Source: Candidatus Iainarchaeum sp.
GTDB lineage: Archaea; Iainarchaeota; Iainarchaeia; Iainarchaeales; JAZDDZ01
Assembly: GCA_043809245.1 (NCBI GenBank)
Contig: JAZDDZ010000033.1
Location: forward strand, 1 to 13,325
Length of the DNA stretch: 13,325 nt
Reading direction: 5' to 3'
The notes beneath the pieces are model-generated. The model was not told the DNA's origin, did not search any database, and saw only the letters and a program-made list of their open reading frames with translations. Both the position numbers and the translations under genes were made by a program. Shown piece by piece: positions 7,045 through 13,325 of the stretch (its first letter is position 1; the number at the start of each line of letters is the position of its first letter).

Positions 7045-7798
7045 GCTTCTTTGCCTGCTTGAAGGCGTTTTCAAAAATTGCCATGCCTTCGCCTTTTTCA
7101 GGCAAATCCATTCTAAGGGAAAGCGAATCATTCCAGCCCGTGAAGTTTTTTTCAGGGTGCGGCATCAGGCCGAAAACCCTTCCACTTTCATCACATATTC
7201 CTGCAATTGAATCCGTTGAACCGTTTGGGTTCTCCAAGTATTTGAATACAACCTGGTTGTTTTTGTAAAGCATTTTCAATGCCTCTTTTGGGCCGGAAAC
7301 AAATTTTCCCTCGCCGTGATTGATTGGGCATCGAAGCCTTTTAATTCCCTTGGTGAAAACGCACGCGTTTTTCTTCTGCGATTCAAGTTCAACCCACTGG
7401 TCCTGAAAGTGCCCGGAATCATTCAAGGAAAGCGTGCACAATTGCTCGGAGTAATTTCCGTTGAAACCCGGGAGGATTCCCGCTTTCACAATTGCCTGGA
7501 ATCCATTGCAAATGCCTAACACAAGTTTTTCTTCGGAAATGAACCGCCTTATCTCAGAACCCAGCCTGAAGCGCAGCTTGTTCGCCAAAACCTTTGCGCT
7601 TCCAAGATAGTCGCCGTCAGCGAAACCCCCCGGCACGACAAGCAAATGGAATTCTTCAAGCTCCCTTGTGCCGCGCGTGAACTCGTTGATGTGCAGAACA
7701 TCAACAGAAAAACCCGCCAACTTTAACGCGTGCGCTGTCTCCACCTGGCAATTGGTGCCAGCGGTGCGCAAAACAACTGCTTTTGGTTCGGATTTCAT
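7037..7798 (-). CDS. purQ: Phosphoribosylformylglycinamidine synthase subunit PurQ (glutaminase)
   Basis: GTNC..ET, PGGF.DGDYL, catalytic LGICNGFQ, HGEGKF, NPNGS...IAGICD..GRVFGLMPHPE. AGGAGG SD lies inside the 3' end of the upstream ORF. Confidence 0.97.
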   Translation of the reverse strand: MKSEPKAVVLRTAGTNCQVETAHALKLAGFSVDVLHINEFTRGTRELEEFHLLVVPGGFADGDYLGSAKVLANKLRFRLGSEIRRFISEEKLVLGICNGFQAIVKAGILPGFNGNYSEQLCTLSLNDSGHFQDQWVELESQKKNACVFTKGIKRLRCPINHGEGKFVSGPKEALKMLYKNNQVVFKYLENPNGSTDSIAGICDESGRVFGLMPHPEKNFTGWNDSLSLRMDLPEKGEGMAIFENAFKQAKKLL

Positions 7799-8166
7799 TT
7801 TTTGGCCCTCCTTTTTGCGGATTCAAGCAATAAGGGCGAATACTTTTTCTTTGTTGCATCAGAGAAGTCCCCGCGCGCCTTTAGTTCCTTGCCTAAACGG
7901 ATATAACAAACTTCAGCAATTTGATTAAGAATTTCGCTTGGCCACATCCTGCGAGAGTCCAATGAAAAGCTCCCGGTAGTTTCGAATTCTTTCAAAATGC
8001 CACGCATCTTTTTTGCATCACTAACTTTTGAAATCTGCCTGGCACGATTGGGCAGAACCTTTGCCAAAACAGACTTTGGATTTTTTCTTGCCTCCAAGGC
8101 AACGAAATCAAACGATTCATTGCCCCTTCTTTTCATGTATTCGCCTATTGGTGTTTTTTTCGGCAT
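7795..8166 (-). CDS. Hypothetical basic protein (orfY, 123 aa) between purL and purQ
   Basis: The open frame fills the whole purL-purQ gap. Preferred start is ATG 8166 (MPKKTP...) behind GGTGGTGA; the track start at 8193 overlaps purL. The stop overlaps the purQ start as ATGA (7795-7798). Confidence 0.75.
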   Translation of the reverse strand: MPKKTPIGEYMKRRGNESFDFVALEARKNPKSVLAKVLPNRARQISKVSDAKKMRGILKEFETTGSFSLDSRRMWPSEILNQIAEVCYIRLGKELKARGDFSDATKKKYSPLLLESAKRRAKK

Positions 8167-8168
8167 TT

Positions 8169-10559
8169 TCACCACCCAAGTGTCCTCTTCCATGCTTTTT
8201 TCAGCGCGGAAAGCCTTTCGTTCAAAACTTTTTTTCCATTCAAGCCGGTAACTGTCAATTCTTTTGAGGCAGCGGTTCTGCCTATTAATGCAAACGCGCT
8301 ACCTTTCATTATTTTTTCAAACGCCGCGGCTTTTTTCCTGTTCACTTCAACAATGAAGCGGGAATTGCTTTCCGAGAACAAAATGAAGTCGTTTCGGGAG
8401 ATTTTTTCGCCCAAAGGGATTTTGCGCAAATCTATCTCGATGCCTATTCCGCCTGCGAAAGCCATTTCCGCTGCCGCAACGCCAATGCCGCCTTCACTGC
8501 AGTCATGGCAGGCGCAAACAATTCTTTCGGAAAATTTCACGCCGACGAAAATTGCCTTGGATAATTTTTCAAATGATTTTTTTGCCTTCTCAAACCTCAC
8601 CTTTGGAACAAAGCCCCCTGTGGCACCGGAGATTTTCGCGTAATGGCTTGCGCCAAGCTCCTTGAATGTTTCCCCGACAATGTAAACAGGGTTGCCTTTT
8701 TCCTTCAAGTCCATTGAAACTCTTTTGCGGAAATCAGGCATTGCACTGAAAGCGGAAATAAGGAGTGTCGGGGGAATTGAGATTGTTTCCCCGCGAATTG
8801 AGAACTCGTTGTAAAAGGAATCCTTTCCGGAAATGAAGGGAACATTGAAAGCCGTTGCAGCGTCAAAGCAGCCTTTAGCAGCCCTTACAAGCTCTCCGAG
8901 CTTTTCCTCTTTTTCTGGGTTGCCCCAGCAGAAATTGTCAAGCAAGGCAGCGGAGTCAAGCGAGCCGCCAACCGCGATTAAGTTTCTCAGCGCTTCATCT
9001 ATTGCGGAGCAGGCCATCAAATAGGCATCGGTTTCACCATAAAAGGGGTTCAAGCCGTTTGAAATTGCAACCGCTTCATTTCCGCCAAGCAATGGCCTGA
9101 CAATTGCAGCATCGCTCGGGCCGTCATTCTCAACTCCGACAAATGGCTTTAGGATTGCGCCTCCCTGCACTTCGTGGTCGTATTGCCTGACAGTTGATTC
9201 CTTTGAGGCAATGTTCGGATGGGCGAGCAAGGAAAGCAGTGCTGCGCCTAAATTTTTCGGCTCGCGCAATTCAATGGGTTTTTCCTCAACTGCAGTCCAC
9301 TTTGCATTCATTTTTTTTCTCGGAACGCCTTTGTGTAAAAAATTTGACTCAAGCTCTCCCACAAGCTCTTTTTCAAAGAAAAGCCTGAATTTTTTGTTTC
9401 CAGTGAACCTTCCAATTACCGTGGCTTCAACGTCTTCAGCTGCAAACAAGTCAATCAACGCCCTTTCGTTTTTTGGGGGCACAGCCAAAACCATTCTTTC
9501 CTGTGACTCGGAAAGCCAGATTTCCCAGGGCAAAAGCCCCTTGTATTTTAACGGCGCCTTTTCAAGCCAGACCTCTGCTCCGAGGTCTTTTCCCATTTCC
9601 CCGACAGCTGAACTGAAGCCCCCCGCGCCGCAGTCAGTTATTGCACTGTAAAGCTTTTTGTCCCTTGCATCCAAAAGCACATCCATTACCTTTCTTTCCT
9701 CTATCGCGTTGCCTATCTGCACAGCGCTGCTTGAAGTGCTTTCATCCAGTTCAATTGAGGAAAAGGTTGCACCGTGAATTCCGTCTCTTCCAGTCCTTCC
9801 CCCAACAACAATTATTAGGTCGCCTTCTTTTGCCTCTTTTTTTTCAAATCCCCTTGGAATCAGGCCAATTGTTCCACAGTAAACCAGGGGATTGCCTAAA
9901 TATTTTTCGTCAAAGAAAATCGCGCCGTTAACAGTTGGAATGCCCATTCTGTTGCCGTAATCGCGCACCCCGGAGCGAACGCCCTTGAATATTCTTTTCG
10001 GGTGCAGAATTCCCTTGGGAACTTTTTCCGCTGGAAAATCATGCGGTGCAAAGCAAAAAACATCAGTGTTCGCAATCGGTTTTGCCCCAAGCCCAACGCC
10101 TAAAACGTCTCGGATGACGCCCCCAACGCCGGTGTTTGCGCCGCCGTAAGGGTCCAAAGCACTGGGGTGGTTATGGGTTTCAACCTTGAATGCAATGTTA
10201 TGCGTTTCATTGAAGCGGATTATTCCCGCGTTGTCGTGGAAAACCGAAACCAGAAAACCTTTTTTCTTTTTAGCGGCTTTTTCCGTGGCTTTTCGAATGT
10301 AAGTGTTGAAAAGCGAAACAATCCTCTTCTTCTTCCCGTTTTCGTTGAAAGAAATTTCCGCGTTAAATGTTTTGTGCTTGCAGTGCTCGCTCCAAGTTTG
10401 GGCAATGGTTTCAAGCTCTAATTGCGAGGGCTCGCGTTTCTTTTTTTTGAAGTGCGCTTGCACGGTTTTCATTTCCTCTGCGTTAAGCGAGAGCAGCATT
10501 TTTCTGCTCAAGTCAAGCAACTGCCTTTCCTTCAGGCCCGAGAGTTTTATTTCATTCAT
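8169..10559 (-). CDS. purL: Phosphoribosylformylglycinamidine synthase subunit PurL (small type)
   Basis: QTWSEHCKHK, DNAGII, KVETHNHPS, GGRTGRDGIHG, DCGAGG, SESQERM, QYDHEV, DNFCWGNP, ISGKDSFYN, HDCSEGG and LFSES. Confidence 0.97.
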   Translation of the reverse strand: MNEIKLSGLKERQLLDLSRKMLLSLNAEEMKTVQAHFKKKKREPSQLELETIAQTWSEHCKHKTFNAEISFNENGKKKRIVSLFNTYIRKATEKAAKKKKGFLVSVFHDNAGIIRFNETHNIAFKVETHNHPSALDPYGGANTGVGGVIRDVLGVGLGAKPIANTDVFCFAPHDFPAEKVPKGILHPKRIFKGVRSGVRDYGNRMGIPTVNGAIFFDEKYLGNPLVYCGTIGLIPRGFEKKEAKEGDLIIVVGGRTGRDGIHGATFSSIELDESTSSSAVQIGNAIEERKVMDVLLDARDKKLYSAITDCGAGGFSSAVGEMGKDLGAEVWLEKAPLKYKGLLPWEIWLSESQERMVLAVPPKNERALIDLFAAEDVEATVIGRFTGNKKFRLFFEKELVGELESNFLHKGVPRKKMNAKWTAVEEKPIELREPKNLGAALLSLLAHPNIASKESTVRQYDHEVQGGAILKPFVGVENDGPSDAAIVRPLLGGNEAVAISNGLNPFYGETDAYLMACSAIDEALRNLIAVGGSLDSAALLDNFCWGNPEKEEKLGELVRAAKGCFDAATAFNVPFISGKDSFYNEFSIRGETISIPPTLLISAFSAMPDFRKRVSMDLKEKGNPVYIVGETFKELGASHYAKISGATGGFVPKVRFEKAKKSFEKLSKAIFVGVKFSERIVCACHDCSEGGIGVAAAEMAFAGGIGIEIDLRKIPLGEKISRNDFILFSESNSRFIVEVNRKKAAAFEKIMKGSAFALIGRTAASKELTVTGLNGKKVLNERLSALKKAWKRTLGW

Positions 10560-11067
10560 GTTTTTTCAATTCCTTAAAAATTCTTCGGATAAGACGGTTT
10601 CTTCTCGCAAAAAAAATTTCACCCCTAACTTTCCCTAACACAGAGATAACCTCTTCCTGAGCGGTTACCTGCGCATTAATAAAAAGGAGGTCTTCTTCAC
10701 TTATGTTTTCAATCTCTTTTCCAATTTCGTTCTTAATTATCCTTTCACATTGTTCTAACACCAAATTCCTGAGGCGCATGCCTTCCTGGCTAGACTTGTC
10801 AATGCCCACTGACCGAACAGCACAATCCACTGCATACTTATGAAGCTCTCCAATGACATATTGAATTCTTTCTTTTTCCCCTTTAAAATTCATTATTGAA
10901 GTAGTAATGGCATTCACCACAATTTTTTCAAGTTCTTTTTTTTTCGGCTCCCTAAAACCCTTCCACACAAGCCCTGCTGTTCTGGCGCCTTTCCTCATTT
11001 GCACTGCAGTGGTTCTCGCGCCTTGTTTCATGCGCTGAAAAGCATTTTTTCCTGAAAATTTAGCCAA
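10552..11067 (-). CDS. Hypothetical protein (orfX, ~171-175 aa) between purS and purL
   Basis: The open frame fills the whole purS-purL gap. Start is TTG 11067 (4 nt after GGTGA, the same spacing as tldD) or GTG 11079. The stop overlaps the purL start by 8 nt. Visibly more AT-rich than purL; no recognisable domain. Confidence 0.75.
   Translation of the reverse strand: MAKFSGKNAFQRMKQGARTTAVQMRKGARTAGLVWKGFREPKKKELEKIVVNAITTSIMNFKGEKERIQYVIGELHKYAVDCAVRSVGIDKSSQEGMRLRNLVLEQCERIIKNEIGKEIENISEEDLLFINAQVTAQEEVISVLGKVRGEIFFARRNRLIRRIFKELKKHE
10966..11031 (-). repeat. Degenerate 33-nt (11-aa) tandem duplication in orfX
   Basis: MKQGARTTAVQ (11031-10999) and MRKGARTAGLV (10998-10966). DNA: ATGAAACAAGGCGCGAGAAC vs ATGAGGAAAGGCGCCAGAAC. 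Confidence 0.6.
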
Positions 11068-11071
11068 AACT

Positions 11072-11554
11072 TCACCCACCCAATTTTTTCACATTGTAGC
11101 TTTCAATGACTTCGTTTGCAAGCAAATCCGTGCAGATGCTTCGCGTTTCTTTTTCGGAGATTCTTGCCTTTAAGAGGAATTTTCTTGCGGTGCGAATTTC
11201 CCCCTCAAGTTTTCGCGCTAATAGCTCTTCGGTTGCCTGTTTTGCGACAATTCCAAGGTTATCGGTGACGTTTGCATGCAACTGGACCTCTATTGCCCAG
11301 TCAAAGCCATCCGCGCTTTCATTGTTCAAGGAATAAGAATTAATTATGGGGTCTATCAGCACATTTTCCGCCACTTCCCTTGCCTCTGATTCAGTCAAGC
11401 GCATATGAATATAGTATACGTCAAAGAAAGCCATTGATTCAATGCCTTTGATGCCTAAATCCTCTTCAATTGAGGATTTAACGCTTTCCGCAACCGTGTC
11501 TTTGAAGCCTTCTTTCACCCCAACCTCTATGCGGTGAACCCACTCCCGCTCCAT
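11072..11554 (-). CDS. purS: Tandem (double-domain) PurS
   Basis: Two ~80-aa PurS-like repeats: IEVGVK...D..AESV...VLIDPIINSY and IEVQL...VTDNLG...LLANEVIESY. It is the first gene of the purL/purQ operon. ATG 11554 is preferred over TTG 11560. Confidence 0.85.
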   Translation of the reverse strand: MEREWVHRIEVGVKEGFKDTVAESVKSSIEEDLGIKGIESMAFFDVYYIHMRLTESEAREVAENVLIDPIINSYSLNNESADGFDWAIEVQLHANVTDNLGIVAKQATEELLARKLEGEIRTARKFLLKARISEKETRSICTDLLANEVIESYNVKKLGG

Positions 11555-11571
11555 ATACAAAAGAAGAGAAC

Positions 11572-11591
11572 AGCAAAAGATTTAAATTAAA
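11572..11591. promoter_or_regulatory. Putative bidirectional TATA element between purS and purF
   Basis: AGCAAAAGA-TTTAAATTAAA sits in the 67-bp divergent gap, about 27 nt from purS ATG 11554 and about 30 nt from purF TTG 11622 (AGGTG SD at 11610-11614). Confidence 0.5.
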
Positions 11592-11621
11592 GAGACCATT
11601 ACTTGTATTAGGTGCCCCCAA

Positions 11622-13184
11622 TTGGATAATGTTGGCCATTTTTGCGGAGTAGCAGCGGTTTATCTGCCCAAGCCATTAAGCCACTATCCAAAAGGAAGCG
11701 CTGCCTACTATTTGTATAACATGCTTTTGCAGGTCCAGAACCGCGGCCAGTTAAGCGCCGGAATAACGACTTACAACAAGGAAAGGCTGCAGATGATTGA
11801 CACCTACAAAAAACTTGGAACAGTCAACGAGGCATTCAGGGTAAGCAACAAGGAAAAATTCGAACGCATAATGAAGCGTTATTCCGGGGACAGGGGAATC
11901 GGGCACACGCGTTACGCTACAAGCGGATTGAATGACGAGGGAAGCGCACAGCCATTTGAAAGGCACCATGGGAGAACTTGGAAGTGGTTCAGTTTTGGCT
12001 TCAACGGAAACATTGCGAACTTTCCTGAACTGAAAAAAAAGCTTGAGAAAGGAAAATACCATTTGGTTAGAAACAATGACACTGAAATAATCCTTTACTT
12101 TCTCGCAAAGCAAACGCTCGGGGAAAGAAGAGGCAATTTAAGGACAATTTTTGGAAACCTTTCCACGCAGTTTGACGGGGCATACAACCTTGTTTACGTT
12201 AACGCTGATGGAGATTTGGCTGCAATTCGCGATCCACTTGGCTTCAGGCCCTTGAGTTACGCGAAAACAGACGACTTTGTCGGAGCCGCATCCGAAAGCT
12301 GTGCGTTAACGCGTTTCTCTGAAAACAATGTTAAAACAATCAACCCAGGAGAAATGCTTTTGGTCAACGATGGCAGTGTTGAGGTGAAAAGGTTTGCAAA
12401 ATGCAGGAAAAAGGCTTTCTGCATGTTTGAATGGGTTTACTTTGCAAACGCAGCCTCAATCCTTGAGGGGAAAAGCGTTTACGACGTTAGATGGCGCTTG
12501 GGGCAGGAGTTGGCGAAAATTGAAACAGAGTCAGTTGACATGGACACAATTGTCGTCGCTGTCCCAGACACTGCAAGGCCTGCAGCGGAATCGCTTTCAC
12601 ACGAATTCGGGGTTCCAGCAATGGAGGGGCTTTTAAGAAACAGGTACGTTGGAAGGACTTTCATTGAAGGCGCGAAAAGGGATGAAAGGGTTAAGGAAAA
12701 ATTCAACATAAATAAAACGGTTTTAAAGGGAAAGAAAGTAATTTTAGTTGAGGATTCAATTGTCCGCGGAACAACAGGAAAATCGCTTATTGATTACATC
12801 AAGCGCGAGGGAAAAGCCAAAGAGGTTCACATGCGTGTTTCCTGCCCGCCAATCCGCGCGCCTTGCTTTTACGGAATTGACATGAGCACAATGGATGAAC
12901 TGATTGCGACAAAGCACATGCAGAAAAAAGAAGCCAAAGACTACGGCTACCATGATGTCAGCGAAAAAACCGTGAAGGGAATTGAAAAAGAATTAGGCGT
13001 TGACTCGCTCATATACCAAAAGATTGACGGTTTAGTCAAAGCCATTGGCTTGGAGAACGGCAAAAGGGATTTATGCATGGCTTGTTTAACCGGAATCTAT
13101 CCCACGCCCTGGGGTGAAAAACTCCGCGATAAAGCCAACAGGCAAATCGGCAACTGCTCTGGCGAAAAAAGGACATACGAATAG
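11622..13184 (+). CDS. purF: Amidophosphoribosyltransferase (propeptide, Fe-S type)
   Basis: Ntn Cys after a 7-aa propeptide (MDNVGHF|CG), QNRGQ, GHTRYAT, AQPF, NGNIAN, RDPLGFRPL, PRPP-binding VEDSIVRGTT, and Fe-S cysteines in CMFEWVYF, PCFYGID and CMAC. Confidence 0.97.
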   Translation: MDNVGHFCGVAAVYLPKPLSHYPKGSAAYYLYNMLLQVQNRGQLSAGITTYNKERLQMIDTYKKLGTVNEAFRVSNKEKFERIMKRYSGDRGIGHTRYATSGLNDEGSAQPFERHHGRTWKWFSFGFNGNIANFPELKKKLEKGKYHLVRNNDTEIILYFLAKQTLGERRGNLRTIFGNLSTQFDGAYNLVYVNADGDLAAIRDPLGFRPLSYAKTDDFVGAASESCALTRFSENNVKTINPGEMLLVNDGSVEVKRFAKCRKKAFCMFEWVYFANAASILEGKSVYDVRWRLGQELAKIETESVDMDTIVVAVPDTARPAAESLSHEFGVPAMEGLLRNRYVGRTFIEGAKRDERVKEKFNINKTVLKGKKVILVEDSIVRGTTGKSLIDYIKREGKAKEVHMRVSCPPIRAPCFYGIDMSTMDELIATKHMQKKEAKDYGYHDVSEKTVKGIEKELGVDSLIYQKIDGLVKAIGLENGKRDLCMACLTGIYPTPWGEKLRDKANRQIGNCSGEKRTYE

Positions 13185-13188
13185 AAAT

Positions 13189-13325
13189 GGCTCTTCTGCA
13201 TATTTAGGACCTCCAGCATGAGTTTATGATTTTGAGTTTGAAGTATTCCAAGTCCTTGTAACCGTATGCTCGTCTTTTCAGTAGACCGATTTTGTTGTTG
13301 AATGCTTCGCTTGCTGCGTTGGTGA
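13189..13325 (-). mobile_element. ISL3-family insertion sequence, right end (truncated by window edge)
   Basis: Terminal GGCTCTTCTGCATATTT at 13189 matches the GG(C/T)TC(T) start typical of ISL3 inverted repeats. It is flanked by AT-rich ATAGAAAT (13181-13188, candidate 8-bp target duplication), and the transposase stop lies within or next to the repeat. Confidence 0.85.
13204..13325 (-). CDS. ISL3 family DDE transposase, C-terminal 39 aa (partial; not in ORF track)
   Basis: My translation: TNAASEAFNNKIGLLKRRAYGYKDLEYFKLKIINSCWRS*. This matches the ISL3 motif TNxxxEGxNNKIKxxKRxAYGxR. Confidence 0.92.
   Translation of the reverse strand, partial: TNAASEAFNNKIGLLKRRAYGYKDLEYFKLKIINSCWRS

Noticed and set aside
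5827-10638. Plus-strand ORFs opposite the malic enzyme gene, purQ and purL
   Set aside because: Antisense shadows with no SD, promoter or recognisable motifs.
10552-11079. orfX/orfY as homing endonuclease, intein or bulge-helix-bulge intron
   Set aside because: No LAGLIDADG, HNH, GIY-YIG or intein motifs are visible, I found no convincing end-pairing, and the flanking pur genes have their own starts and stops.
1-13325. Composite transposon bounded by the two IS elements
   Set aside because: The elements belong to different families with different chemistries (HUH vs DDE), and the cargo is housekeeping genes.
1-13325. CRISPR array, rRNA or tRNA genes
   Set aside because: No regularly spaced repeats or RNA-gene signatures were seen, and intergenic gaps are all about 100 bp or less.

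Overview
A 13.3-kb gene-dense window, most likely archaeal. The evidence is GGTGA-type Shine-Dalgarno (SD) motifs, TATA boxes about 25 nt upstream of apparently leaderless starts, and a PCNA-binding PIP-box-like tail on a transposase. A DPANN/Iainarchaeota-like host is an inference only. Both ends fall inside insertion sequences that the ORF track missed. At the left is the 3' part of an IS200/IS605 Y1 transposase, whose right end can fold into a perfect four-way junction. At the right is the 3' end and terminal inverted repeat of an ISL3 element inserted just after the purF stop. Between them are an orphan basic ORF, a YdeI/OmdA-family gene, and a minus-strand operon made of an unannotated 59-aa ORF plus tldD and tldE/pmbA. 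Next come a DHH/RecJ-like phosphoesterase split by a frameshift in an A9 tract and a malic enzyme. Last is a purine cluster in which purS(tandem)-orfX-purL-orfY-purQ is divergent from purF. The most unusual points are the two orphan ORFs coupled into the pur operon behind a near-identical TTGGGTGG(G)TGAA motif, the IS end structure, the small-protein/TldDE/OmdA neighbourhood, and the A9 frameshift. Family calls come from motif recognition by eye; no searches were run.
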